DNA of 64,000 nucleotides, taken from NCBI GenBank assembly GCA_950097015.1, contig CATNEN010000039.1:2914001-2978000 (forward strand). The letters are read 5' to 3'. Every line of letters begins with the position of its first letter. Within the stretch, counting starts at the first letter, position 1. The notes under the pieces are model-generated. The model worked only from the letters and a program-made list of their open reading frames with translations. It was not told the DNA's origin and did no database searches. The stretch is from Macrostomum hystrix (lineage: Eukaryota; Animalia; Platyhelminthes). Positions 1 through 18,900 of the stretch are shown here, in pieces. The translations under genes and the position numbers were made by a program.

Positions 1-3000
1 AATCCGCACAGGTTTAAACACTATCTGCTTACGGTGTGTACTAAATTATCTTTTTTATAAGTTTGCTGTTTTTTTCGCTTGCTGGTTTTTTTGTACTTCA
101 TTACTGTACTTTACTGTCGCTTCAATTATATGTTTGATTGTTATTCGAGTCCCGATTCTGCGGTGTAAAAATATTTAATTTTAGCCCCCCTTTTAAGAAC
201 TTTTCGGATTTCCTGCAACGCCCGCAAATTCTCCCATGTGAATGCAGAATACAGTCCGTCTGTCTGTAAATTTCTGTTGCTTTTTTTCCTAAATCATAAT
301 AAGAATCAGTTGTGTAACCTGATTGTTGTATGATCCCTGTGCCCCTCTGCTCAGCTCCTGTTGAGTTATTTAGTTCTTTAAATGAAGAATCTAGTTTTTT
401 TCTGAACGCTTTTGTGTTAGCAAAATTAGTACTGTTATATCCGGGGACACATTAGTACAGCAGCACTATTGGCTCCATCAAGCATTGTATTTGACAATAT
501 AAATTGCCTGCTTTATATGTATCGCAATAAGTCACTAAACTGGTAGGTAATGCTGTTATTATTGTTTTTAACTAATTTCTGACCGCACGCGCTCGCAACA
601 CCTGCGCTATTAATAAACTGTCGCCTATTCCCTGTCTCACTCTCAGTGTCTGCTGCACTATTTCGGCCTTCCCTCCCTCAAATATCGCTACACCCAAATA
701 ACACGCCGGGGTATTTGCCACCTTCCGCTCTCTCCGGCCTCTTATCGTTTGCACTTTGCTGCCTTGAGATACTCTTCTGCTTTTTGCTTGCGTGGGAGGG
801 CCGGACAGCGACTCCTCTCTCCTTACTGCTGGCTTCTATAATGCCCCGCCTGTTCACTTGTCCGCTATTCTTTGCCCGCCACAGCAACCTAAACCAAACT
901 CCTCCCTCACCCGTCTGGAGATTAAAGGAAGAGGGAAAACACACAGACGCATGCGTGGCTGGGTGAAAAGTACTTTCTGTCCTCGCTGGCCTGGTTTCCT
1001 CGCTTTATATATTTAACTGGCAAGAGTGCAGCCTCAGTGTATGTTTATTAAAGCACAGCCGACCCTGTCAATGCCGAGCCCGCGCTCGATCGCCTCCCCG
1101 ATTCTCCCCGGAAAAGGACAAGTGGAGTCAATGCAGGTCAGGGCGAGTGAACACTACCATTTAATAGTGTAGGCCTGCCACAGTCGCTGCGCCAGTTTGT
1201 TTGCTTGAGCTATAAAATTCTACCAATTTTTAATTACTAATTTAAATTCTATGCATAATCCTGTCGAACAAAATTCTCGCAGCGTATGCGTACAGCCCTA
1301 CTGAGTCAGTAGTGCGGCGAGTACAATAGCCCCAAAGTCTGGTATTTTCGCGCTCCTATCGTCCTAGAGACTTCGGCTTTCCTTGCCAATAATTTTACAC
1401 TGCCCAAGCTAGCACGCGCTGTTGTTACTACGGTACAGTCAGTTTTGTGCTGCATTTTGCCTCTGCCCACTTTCAACTTCGGTGTCTCTTCTAAATAAAA
1501 CGCGTGCAACTTGCTGTTTTCCTCTCTCAGTTCTGTTATTTCCGGGCTCTGTCAAGCATTGCGCTGTTCCGATTCATGAATTCTATCTTCGCTTATTTTT
1601 AACTTGTTCGAGCACGGTGTTGCGGTTTTAATGGGCCGGCGCCTTCGCCACCATCTTGTGTTAGCTTTAGTTTGCTTGCTATACGTGAATTTTTTTTAAA
1701 TTATTGTAGGCGTTATTAATGTTGCATTTTCGAGCATCCTGTTCATTATGGTTTGTTTGCGCGTCATGTTTGTAACCCTGGCGCACTTGTATTTGTTTCT
1801 AACTGGTCTTTTCATAGCTGTTCTCCCCCCGGCCGCGGCGGCCTCTTAACAAGATGAGTCGCTGCTTTCATGTTTCATTCTGTTTCTCCGTCTGTCTGTT
1901 TCAAAGTGTTGTTTGGCAAAGTTTACGTGTGTAAAGAATAAATTATTACTGCACTGGGATCCATCCGCAGTGAATATACTCAATACTCGCTGCTTGTTTG
2001 CGCGAGTGGCTTTGCTTTCTCTGTCTGTCTCTCGCTATGTTGATAATTAAATCATTAGCTGTCTTAGCGTCAGTGTGGGTACTTCTGACTGTCTTCTTTT
2101 CTTCAAGTCATCGTTTATTTAGCATTGCTTTGACGGAAAATATTTAATTGTAATTGCACTATAAACGGGTAAACTAAAAATTCAAACCACCACAGCCGAG
2201 TATTAACTCAAAATTAATGAAGTTATATACGTGCAATGTCATTTTATACTTGTCATACTTATGCATACAATGCACTTAACTGAAATATCAATTAACAGTT
2301 ATGGATCAAATGTTTGACAGCAAGCTCTTCACGACACGAGTGTAAATTACAGAGCATTTTTGTTTGACTCGTCGGTACCTAATTTTTCATGGTAAGCAAT
2401 CTGGATTAAAGTAGGGCTCGTACTAGCAGGTAATTATTTTCCTTTAATGTCGCATCCGGACGCAACTCCCTGCCCCTTAATTTAAACGAGAAGTTGAACA
2501 ATTGAACGCAAGCACAAATAATCAGGGGTTCAGGGGTAGAGGTTAACTATACCACTATATATATATTATGGTCCAATATTAATGATGGTTAGTTGATACC
2601 ATCGTTAGGTTCTGTTGGGCCACGAAAGCAGACACTTAATTCAACAATTCAGATCGTTAACACAATCACACCGTTCACGTTGACAGCATATCGCTTAAAC
2701 AAACAATTGTCAATGCTCGACAACATGATAAGTATAAAATTCTTATGCATACTTTGTCGTTCGGAATACTAAGAAAAGCTATAAAATTTGCTGAAACTTT
2801 TTGTTACATAAAATAGCAATGTTGCGCAAAGGTCAGCAAACAAGCTTCCTAATTTGTCCATCAGAGTTTTTCAATTGCAGTGTGTGCTTTACATGTGTTC
2901 TAACTTTTGTAAATTTTCCGTACTAGACTTGCGAATCTACAGACATATCCTAATGTTATTTGTCACTTCTGAGTCGCCAGGTTAGCTTTTCAAAGCTTAC

Positions 3001-4850
3001 ACAAGCCTTACAAAGTGTACTTAGCATTACGCGGTATGGCGCAACTGCCATCTACCTAGTTTATTTAGTAAGTGTTTTGATAAACCTTGCTATTGATTGC
3101 CTGTTAATACGTTTGAAGACCATTGAAGTGTACACCAAAAGTGCAACTGATAATACATAATACATAGCCAATAGTCAATAAGTCAAATCACAGTGATTAA
3201 TGCTGACAGAATCTGCAAGGACTAAGCATAGGCCTACTGTTTTTTAGATAGAAGTCCAAGAGATTTTTGCCAACCAACAGTTATTTACTTAAAAGGTAAG
3301 AGTCAACAATTTTTTAAACTTTTGTCTCCTATATTTTCGCGTGTGCACTTTACTTCTAAAAGTAAAAATAATTTATATTTAGCTAGGCCTAGTTTAAATA
3401 AGCAAATAGGCCTACTTTTTTTACTAATTATAGACTATAATCTATGGCCTAGGCCCTACTTATAGGGCCTAGCTTTATAGGGCCTAGCTATAGAATAGCT
3501 AAAGTGTTTAGTTGGCCTAAATCCAAAAATATTTAGGGACCCTAGGCTTATGTAACCCATGTAACCTTAGCCGTATATAACTTAGTCATAATGTTAAAGC
3601 CCTATATAAACTAATAAACTATATTAGGTTAGTAACCTTACAATACATAACCTTACATAAGGCCATATGTAACCTTGTCCTTAGCTTGGAATTAGATAGC
3701 TGCATATAAGAATATAATGAGCTACACAAAAACTAACAATTTAAAATTTTGTTAGGCCTAATAAATATATATTTCAAATGAAAACTAGACATATATGTAT
3801 GTATACAACTAAAAGGATATTATCTAATTACAATTTATTTTTAAAGCCTAATATGTAAATAGTATAGAAGTTTTGTTACACTATTTGAACAACCTTCCCT
3901 TTTTTCATAATCAGATTTTTATTTAGGGTCCGCTTGGTTTATTCTAATCATGATCCAAAAAGCTTAGAGTCCTAGGTCAAATTCTGAGCCAATCCCAAAA
4001 ATCCAAATTTGGTCTAGGAATCTAGGATCCTTCAATCTTTTAATATCAATTTCAACCCCAAATATGAGTTCTTATGCTTGTAGGGTCTTAGCCAAAACAG
4101 ATTTTCTAATCTCATTTGATCCCAAAGTTGAAAACAGTTTTCCCTTTATTTTTATGACAGTTTTTTAGTTATTTTTGTTTCTTTAGTCCTTTCACATATG
4201 CATACTGCATTTATCATATTTTATGTATAGCTATTGAAATAGGTAGTCCTAATGTGTTGCATTTTTCAGAAAGACCAAAAAGGGCTTGAAATACTTATAA
4301 ATTCAGGTTGCCTAATGCCTATACATATGCTAAGCTAAATATAACAAATAAAACTATACATATCTGCTCCAACCTTCAAATCATCACAGAATGTATACTA
4401 TTGTTGTGCCTTTGGGCTTTGCCATTGTGGCCCATGGCTTAAATTGTGCACCAAGGTCCAAGCCTTCTCTCTGTATTGTGCTCCAAATATTACTCTGCCA
4501 TCCACTCCCCTATTATCATATTCCAAACAATGATGTTGCAGTTTTATTTTAAGTACACTTGCTATTGACATCATATTTTGTAACTAAAGTGAGAAATGAA
4601 TACATTTCAATGCCACAAGTTTAGTACCTTCGTTACTTCAAAATAAATAGACAATAGATAGTTTTAGAGGACTTTTAGTATCATTTGGATATAATTTTGT
4701 GTAGAACTTTCTCCATTAAAATGTAGGGAAAAGTCATTGTGATGAAAGCATGCGCTATTGGCTAAGCTTTTTTAAACTAAACTTGCATTCGATGTTGGTT
4801 ATTGGCTTTTATTTTTTCCTTTTACCCTAGAGTCCCAGCCAAGTGCAGCA

Positions 4851-7181
4851 ATGCGACCGCCACAGTCTGCCGAAGCGGCCTCTGCTCCCGCTGCCATCTC
4901 CGCCGTCGACAAGCTGCACAAGCATCCGCTGCTCCAACAGCGGGACTTTGAGAAAGTGCGTCGCCTCGGCGTTGGCAAGTATGCCCGGGTGTACGTCTGC
5001 CGGCAGACCAGGGCCTCCTCCAAGGATGGCGCAGCGAAGACTGACAGTCGCGAATTCGCCATGAAGGAGGTCCGAATGAACACCGGCTGCCACAATGAGT
5101 ACCTCATGCGGGAGCGCGACCTACTCATCCTGTGCGCTGAGTCGCCGTTCATTGTGAATCTCATGTGTACATTCCAGGTGAGCTACAATGCGAGCTTGCT
5201 TCTTTAAATAGCAACACTTGTTTTTAGTTGAGCTTTGAGTGTTTTTTGTTAAGTCAAGTCTTTTTTGGACACTCGGACGTGGTAAGCCTACGCTCGTGTG
5301 AGGATCGGGTCTTTTTACAAGCTATAAATTTCATTAGAAAGCATCAGCTAGTATGATATAATCTCTAGCGCGTTCGCCTCTCGCACCAAGGTCCTGAGCT
5401 CGAATCCGTGGTGAGACCACATTCACTTGAGGCGCAGCCTAGAGGATTACGACCTTGAGGGCCAATCCCCTAGGCACAGTAATATTGTACAATTGCCTGA
5501 CAATGGGAAAGTCGTGGCAGATGTACAGATTGTGTTTAGATTTCAGTGTGGATTGGACAGAATTGCCTCTCGCTGGTTGCTGGCTGTTGTACCGTCAGCC
5601 ACAGCCCACAGCCATCCTGCAAGTATTGTGAAAATAGAGGGTTTTTGAAATCGACCCCTAGGTCGGATGGGTTCGCATTCTCCTCAATGCTCATTTCATC
5701 GCCTGCCACCCCGCCGTTGAATTCACTAGGAGCCGCAGCACCAGCGGGCCTACCTCATCCTGGAGCTGGGCGAAGGCGGCGATCTGTACGAGCTGCACGA
5801 AGACGTCCACCTGTTCAACGAGCAGGAGGCCAGATTCTATTTGGCCGAGATCACATGCGGCTTGGAGTTTATGCACGAGCGCGGCATCATTCACCGGGAT
5901 GTTAAGGGCGAGAATATCCTGCTAACAGGCACCGGGCACGTCATGCTGTGCGACCTCGGCCTGGCCAGGTAAGACTAGCTAATTAATATCATGCAATTGA
6001 CGGATTTATCTGCAGAAATTGCACTTGCCACTCAGGAAACTCACCGGACCAGACGATCGGGCGCGCACATTCTGTGGCACATTGTCTTACATGTCGCCTG
6101 AGATGGTGCGACGGCAGCGTTACGGTACCAAGACCGACATCTGGAGCCTGGGCGTCCTGCTGGCTTTCCTGGTTACCGGCGAGGAGCCGATTCTGGGTTG
6201 GTTACTGGCGGGATTAATGAAGCTTATTGGCATTGACTGTCACTCCCTCTGAACCTTATTGGCATTGACTGTCACTCCCTCTGAACCTTATTGGCATTGA
6301 CTGTCACTCCCTCTGAACCTTATTGGCATTGACTGTCACTCCCTCTGAACCTTATTGGCATTGACTGTCACTCCCTCTGAACCTTATTGGCATTGACTGT
6401 CACTCCCTCTGAACCTTATTGGCATTGACTGTCACTCCCTCTGAACCTTATTGGCATTGACTGTCACTCCCTCTGAACCTTATTGGCATGGACTGTCACT
6501 CCTTCAGCTTTCATATCGTCTTCCCATTTCATGGTTTCTCCAGGCAACAACGAAGATGAGAAGCAGAGCAACATCATGAAGGGCCGCTACCACCTGTCCT
6601 GCATCGCCAAGATGTCCTACGCCTGCAAGAGCCTGATATCCAACATGCTGAAGGCTAATCCGGATCAGCGCCCGACAGCGGCCGAGCTGAAGTCGCGCCG
6701 CTTTCTCAACAAGCTGGACTGGTCCGTGGTGTCCAGCGGCGGCCTGCAGCCGCCCTACCAGCCGCGCTACGGCCGCAAGTGTCGCCGCGGTGTCGGCCTG
6801 GGCGGCCTTGTCACCGGTCCGGCTAACGACGCCGCCGCTCTGGTGGCCGGCCAGGCCGAAGCCGACGATCGCCAGCAGCCGACTCGGCGTCACAAGAGCC
6901 GGGGCGACTCGCAGTTTCGCTTCCACGCCGACGACGACAGCAAGCGGGGCCAGCAACCGGCCACGGCGGCCGGCGAGGCCTCCGACTCCGGCGATGGTGA
7001 GCTGGTCGGAGACTCCGCTGGAGCCCAGCCCATGGAGGGCTTCGACTGGGTGTCGCCGGAGCTGCTGGCGATGATTCTGAGCCTGGACCTAGTGCTTAGC
7101 AATGACGACGCGGTCGGTGAAGGCGCCGTTCGTGCTGAAAGCTCCTCCGCGTCTGACGGTGTTGAAGACCTGCCCAGGTGA
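4851..7181 (+). CDS. AGC-group Ser/Thr protein kinase (S6K/RSK/PKC-like, divergent), 4 coding exons, ~454 aa
   Basis: Exons 4851-5177, 5730-5968, 6036-6196, 6544-7181 are joined by phase-compatible GT-AG introns (1365 nt total). Motifs: LGVGKYARV, FAMKE, HRDVKGEN, DLGLA, RTFCGTLSYMSPE, DIWSLG, and an AGC tail (LDW..PPYQP, MEGFDW). An acceptor at 4829-4830 implies an upstream exon. Confidence 0.9.
5366..5630 (+). mobile_element. tRNA-derived SINE family A, degenerate copy in kinase intron 1
   Basis: B-box-like GAGCTCGAATCC. The body aligns by eye with 20661-21190 (ttgaggg..tgcctgac.atg.gaaa..ggcagatgtaca; gccc.cagcc.tcctgcaagtattg). Confidence 0.7.
6223..6502. repeat. Minisatellite, 32-bp unit x9 (CTTATTGGCATTGACTGTCACTCCCTCTGAAC), kinase intron 3
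   Basis: Exact 32-bp periodicity with unit starts at 6223, 6255 ... 6479. Confidence 0.97.
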
Positions 7182-9362
7182 CTAGACTTACAGTTTATGG
7201 GATATTCCAGGGTGGGCAATTACAGACCTGCTCCAGCGTGCACCTGCGCTAATAGGGACTGTTTTAGGCGTTCTAGCGATGGGAAATGTGTACTGGAATT
7301 TCTTGACAGTAACAGGATGAGGCCTGCTAATGCTGCTGCTGCTGCTTTTTCCTGTGCTGTGTATTATATTCCATTATGTGCAGCGTTCGACAGATTGAAA
7401 CTATTAAGAAGTGCCCACAATGTTCAAGCACTAGTTAGGCCTGCTAGCAGATATTTATTTAGCAAGGTCAAATGTCAGCAGAAATCTCAATTCAGTTTTT
7501 AGTGCTAACTGGCAAGATTTTATTTTTTCTAGTTGTTCTTCTAGCAAAGCGGCTCAGGGGCTACAGAATTGCTTCACCTCAGCATTTTGTGATATCCACT
7601 AAACCTCTCACTATTGAACGCTTTAATGACCTCTGTGTGCTTGCTTAGCAATCAACAGTACCCGCCCTGATAGAGTGCATAGCAGGTGTTTCCCAGGTGT
7701 CTTGTACTTTTCTGCAGCGTGGCGCCAATCTACCCGGCTTTCTGCAAAGTGAAACACCCGAATTATATTTTTGCTCTTGTATTTTTTTGTTAAAGAAAAA
7801 AACTTTTCTTTCCCATGTTTATTCTTCGCTTTGGCTTTGTTTGCTTTTTGTTCTTGCCGCCTTTTGTGAGGCCAACTATAGAGGCGTGGGAACTGGTTTC
7901 AGCTTGCAATCTGCTGACAATTATCTTGAAAGCTAATAGTTTTTGTCGATGCTTTGCGGTTATCCTTTAATTAAAGTCAATCCTTCGCGCTAAATTTAGT
8001 TGCCATGGCAAGAATGAAGTAAGCCAAATGGTAGCCCATAAATGGTATCGCACTGTATCTACAGTAAATTAAGTATTCCTATCATCCAAGCTAGATTTTT
8101 TTTCTTTTTTCCACCTCAACTTCGCACAGTAAGCAAGCAGTCCAGATTGATTCTGAGGAATCATTGTTCCAATAAACATTAATAATATTTATTGGTTTTG
8201 CTTTTTAGAAGTAATAAACCTGAAACTACGAGTATTTTTCACCGTTAAATTACTTTACTTTTACAAATTAAGATGAGTTAGTTAGACAAGGCGTCCTTAC
8301 TAGAGTAAGATCATCCTCACTATTGTAAGCACCTAGTTTTCTAATTTAGTAGTTATATATCATGTACCATGCTCATAGATCAAACTTTAGTCCAGTAAAT
8401 TTTCAAGCCTTAATGAAGTGAACCAGTTTCAAAGCTAGCTCATCTTAGAATTTACGCTTATCGTATTTCTGTTGCTTAAATTGCATGTCCTTAGAAGTAG
8501 AGAAACGCCACATGTACCGATCTATTTTGCGCGACCTACATACACGCCTACAAATACGGCTAATACTCATTGATATACTAGTTTTGTGTGATAGAGCTGC
8601 ACAAAATTTAATAATAATTTTTTATTTTTTTATTCACATTTGCTTTTTATTTTCTGTGAAGACGGAGTTCAGTGGCATGCGTCTGCTAAAACAAAATATC
8701 TTCTTGCGCTATGCTCAACTACGTGGCAGAGACCAATATCGGGGAGTCTCGTTCTTGAGACAGTTCTCCTAACAATAAACATATACGGATGAGGTGCCTG
8801 GGGTTGCTTTTATTTTCTTGTACCTCCGGGTTGAGGTTGACGAAAAAAATATTTTTGGATTGTTTAGAGTTCAAACTTTCTATTGGCATTTAAGGAGGGA
8901 ATTGATTTTCTATTTTACGAAACTATTCAAATATATACTGCAGCTTGTAAATTTGAACTTAATCTGCAAAGTCTGTTGTCAGGTCCGCTTCAGGCATGCA
9001 CAAATTGGGATAATAGTACCAATAGTCAGGTATTAGAATAATTCAACAAACGTAGCTAGAAAAGATAGTGCCAAGAACCACTAAAAGGGCGGGAGGCATC
9101 GTTTCTTGGAAAATTTATCACAGGCAGATTTTTTACAGAAACTGCACTAATGAGATACTAGAGGAACTTTTCACATGATTCTGTAGCGACAGAATTGTTT
9201 TACTAATGGCTTTTTAAAAACCGGTCGACGATTTTTTTTAAACTTGCCGGTTTTCTTAGAAACTTTTGATTGATGTTAAAAACTTTCATCATTAAATATT
9301 TAATTTAAAGCAGACTAGCCACTTGAAAAACATCCTTTATAATACAAATACATACAAAGTAC

Positions 9363-14753
<5,391 letters not shown>

Positions 14754-15530
14754 GCGCCGTGGAAAAGCTTGCAAATTTTGCGCTACTTTTCCAGCTTTTT
14801 GGATTTTGAGAATTTTCCGCACATGCTTAGAGTCCGGATTTTGCCGCCCTTCCTGATTTTTGTTCTTTTTTTGTCGCCGTTTGTCATCTATGGATCCTTG
14901 AATATTTTTTCGTGCCGAGCCATCCCATTATCGATTCCGCAGGCAAACTTGCCATGCTTTCAAGCTTAGTTTGGCATTACCGATTTTAATGGTTTTTAGA
15001 TATGCATATTTCTACTAGCACTACTAACATACACTACGATCAGTAGTGTATTGCGCTTAGTTTTTCGTGTAATTCTTCTGATAGTGGGGAGTACCGCATT
15101 GTATAGCCTGTGAGTCCCGCTTGTTTTAGCGAAATTGCTCCAAAGGAATTTTTATTTATATCACAGGTAATTTTCCATTACAATTGCATTCATCTGACTT
15201 GCAACTTGCAGCTTTTAGCGTCATAGCTATTTGAATTTTGTATTGAAATCATTTCTGCTGGTCTGTTGTCTCCTATCCTATCTGATTATAGCCATTATTC
15301 ATGCATACAATATGAACTTAGCGAGAAGCATTCGCAAGTTAGAAGCATATCTGCTGCCATTTATTGGTTCACTTGTTGTCTGTTAAATCTGTAGCAAATC
15401 CCTATTATATTAGCGTTTTGCAGTGCAATATACATCTATCTTTTGAAAGACTTATGTTGCGAGAAAAAATTCAGATGTCCTCACAACTTTTATTAATCGC
15501 TCGTCTTAAACACTACTTAAGATAAATTTC

Positions 15531-15907
15531 GTCAGCTGACTCCTGTGTCAGTGATTGTAGGTCAGCTGACTCCTGTGTCAGTGATTGTGGGTCAGCTGAC
15601 TCCTGTGTCAGTGATTATGGGTCAGCTGACTCCTGTGTCAGTGATTGTAGGTCAGCTGACTCCTGTGTCAGTGATTGTAGGTCAGCTGACTCCTGTGTCA
15701 GTGATTGTAGGTCAGCTGACTCCTGTGTCAGTGATTGTAGGTCAGCTGACTCCTGTGTCAGTGATTGTGGGTCAGCTGACTCCTGTGTCAGTGATTGTAG
15801 GTCAGCTGACTCCTGTGTCAGTGATTGTAGGTCAGCTGACTCCTGTGTCAGTGATTGTAGGTCAGCTGACTCCTGTGTCAGTGATTGTAGGTCAGCTGAC
15901 TCCTGTG
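15531..15907. repeat. Minisatellite, 30-bp unit x~12.5 (GTCAGCTGACTCCTGTGTCAGTGATTGTAG)
   Basis: Near-perfect tandem copies; the unit contains the palindrome GTCAGCTGAC. Confidence 0.97.
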
Positions 15908-15909
15908 AT

Positions 15910-16100
15910 TCCACAGCTTCCGTAGCTTCCACAGCTTCCGTAGCTTCCACAGCTTCCGTTGTTCCACAGCTTCCGTTGTTCCACAGCTTCCGTTGTTCCA
16001 CAGCTTCCGTAGCTTCCACAGCTTCCGCAGCTTCCGTTGCTTACTCAGCTTCCATAACTTACACAGCTTCCGTAGCTTCCACAGCTTCCACAGCTTCCGC
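15910..16100. repeat. 9/18-bp minisatellite (TTCCACAGCTTCCGTAGC) abutting the previous array
   Basis: Tandem periodicity. Confidence 0.9.
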
Positions 16101-16619
16101 TGCTCCTTCTTCCGCCAAAGCAGCTGTATTCGGGATCTCCCTAAGCTGGCTTCCTGGCCTGTTTCCGGCGGCCTCAATTCGCTGTTGGTCTTGCCCTCTT
16201 CCCGGCTCGTTTTGCCTTTATCTAATTTCAGCCGGCCGTCAAATTCAATGACGAGGGCGGCTAATGCAGTTGAGTCTGCCAGCCGGGGTCAGGGCTTCCG
16301 GGTGAGCCGGCCTGCCTAATCATCATCAGCGCTGCTTCGGCCTCCAAAACCCATAAAATTTGTTTGCCCCAGTCTTGGCCACTGCCACCAACACAAGCCA
16401 GACCTGAGACGGCTCAGTCTTGCATAGGATCGCATTGCCATAGTGATTTTAGTACCACAACTTTATGGACTCAGTCACGAGTTGGGCTTTTAGTATATAT
16501 ACTGCTATTACTGTGCCTACTTTGTTTCAAATACCAGCTTATCTACTCATGATGTTACCTTTGACTTTAAGTTCCTCTTTCACTTCAAGTTGTCCCTTTT
16601 GAATCTTAGGCTTCAAAAA

Positions 16620-17940
16620 TCCCCATACTGTTCCATCCCCTTCCAGATCCCCATTTTACTCTTTCATTTCCCAGATCCCCATTCTACTGTTCCATCCCCT
16701 CCCAGATCCCCATTTTACTCTTCTATCTCCCAGATCCCCATTTTACTGTTCCATCCCCTCCCAGATCCCCATTTTACTGTTCCGTCCCCTCCCAGATCTC
16801 TATTTTACTGTTCCATCCCCTCCCAGATCCCCATTCTACAGTTCCATCCCCTTCCAGATCCCCATTTTACTGTTCCATCCCCTCCCAGATCCCCATTCTA
16901 GTGTTTCATCCCCTCCCAGATCCCCATTTTACTCTTCCCTCTCCCTGATCCCGATTTTACTCTTCCATCTCCCAGATCCCCAATTTATTGTTCCATCCCT
17001 CCCAGATCCCCATTTTATTCATCGATCCCCTGCCAGATCCCCATTCTCCAGTTCCATCCCCTCCCAGATCACCATTCTATTGTTCCATCCCCTCCCAGAT
17101 CCCCATTCTACTGTTCCACCCCCTCCCAGATCCCCATTCTACTGTTCCATCCCCTCCCAGATCCCCATTTAACTCTTCTATCTCCCATATCCCCATTTTA
17201 CTGTTCCATCCCCTCCCAAATCCCCGTTTTACTGTTCCGTCCCCTCCCAGATCCCTATTTTACTGTTCCATCCCCTCCCAGATCCCCATTTTACTGTTCC
17301 ATCCCCTTCCAGATCCCTATTTTACTGCTCCATCCCCTTCCAGATCCCCATTTTACTGTTCCGTCCCCTCCCAGATCCCTATTTTACTGTTCCATCCCCT
17401 TCCAGATCCCCATTTTACTGTTCCATCCCCTCCCAGATCCCCATTTTACTGTTCCGTCCCCTCCCAGATCCCTATTTTACTGTTCCATCCCCTCCCAGAT
17501 CCCCATTCTACAGTTCCATCCCCTTCCAGATCCCCATTTTACTGTTCCATCCCCTCCCAGATCCCCATTTTACTGTTCCATCCCCTTCCAGATCCCTATT
17601 TTACTGTTCCATCCCCTTCCAGATCCCCATTTTACTGTTCCATCCTCTCCCAGATCCCCATTTTTTACTCTTCCATCTCCCAGATCCCCATTCTACTGTT
17701 CCATCCCCTCCCAGATCCCCATTCTACTGTTCCATCCTCTCCCAGATCCCCATTTTTTACTCTTCCATCTCCCAGATCCCCATTCTACTGTTCCATCCCC
17801 TCCCAGATCCCCATTCTACTGTTCCACCCCCTCCCAGATCCCCATTCTACTGTTCCATCCCCTCCCAGATCCCCATTCTACTGTTCCATCTCCCAGATCC
17901 AAATTCTTCTGTTCAATCTCCCTGATCCCTATTCCAGTTC
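16620..17940. repeat. ~31-bp C-rich minisatellite (CCCAGATCCCCATTTTACTGTTCCATCCCCT)
   Basis: About 40 variant tandem copies. Confidence 0.95.
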
Positions 17941-18494
17941 CCTAGCCTAGTCATCAATTTTCTAATCCTCGTCTCGACGCATCCAACTCTCAGGGCTGCA
18001 ATTTGAGACCATTAACTCAAACAGACAGGATCCCAGCTGCTCAGGCGGTGAGGAAAGATGAGACTTGAGTCTATAGCCCCGGCAGTATGATGTAATGAGG
18101 GCCAGCTCACCCCGCACTGATCGGCTGAGCACACATTCGAGGGCCGCATGCAGACCCTGTGGAAATTGCTTTAAAGACACGGGCTGGGAGGGTCCGACAG
18201 TCAGTAACATGTGGCAGCAAATTAGACCCAGCGCTCTCAGAAGCTGCAAGCTTTTTTCCTTCTGTTTGAAGGCCAAAAATTACAGGCTCAAGTAAGACGC
18301 CACATCTGTATCTGGGCGGCCGCAAAGACTCTTTTGATGATATCGGCTCCAACTTTAACTCCAAAAATGATCATCTATTATGGGCTAGAAAGCTACTGTC
18401 GAATAACGAAATCAAATGCAAGCAGTTTTGTCTGCTCTCCTATCTTTTTCCTTCTCCACTTGTCTTTACTATCCACTTGTCTCTATGCGTCTTC

Positions 18495-18900
18495 CCCTTT
18501 CCTCTATCATTCTCCCTCTTTAGTCTATTATTATCCCTCTTTCGTCTATCGTTCTGCCTCTTTCCTCTTTCATTCTTCCCCTTTCCTCTATCATTATCCC
18601 CCTTTCCTCTATCATTATCCCTCTTTCCTCTTTCATAATCCCTCTTTCCTCTTTCATAATCCCTCTTTCCTCTTTCATAATCCCTCTTTCCTCTTTCATA
18701 ATCCCTCTTTCCTCTTTCATAATCCCTCTTTCCTCTATCATTCCTTGCCTTTCCTCTATCATTATCCCCCTCTCCTCTATCATTATCCCTCTTTCCTCTA
18801 TCATTCTCCCCTTTCCTCTATTATTCTCCGTCTATACTCTATCATTCTTCCTCTTTCCTCTATACTTCTCCCTCTTTCCTCTATCCTTCTACTTCTCTCC
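18495..18900. repeat. 21-bp pyrimidine-rich minisatellite (CTCTTTCCTCTTTCATAATCC)
   Basis: Homogeneous core 18620-18730 with degenerate flanks. Confidence 0.85.

Noticed and set aside
572-1631. Short ORFs at the window start (also 7197-9036, 17962-18364, 45613-49483)
   Set aside because: No recognisable domains, coding bias or consistent splice structure.
2321-2391. Upstream exon ending ATG|GTAAGC as the kinase start
   Set aside because: Out of frame with the 4830 acceptor; at most a UTR exon and otherwise unsupported.
6223-6502. CRISPR-like ~30-bp repeats (also 15531, 39001, 49575)
   Set aside because: Head-to-tail units without unique spacers, no cas genes, eukaryotic context.
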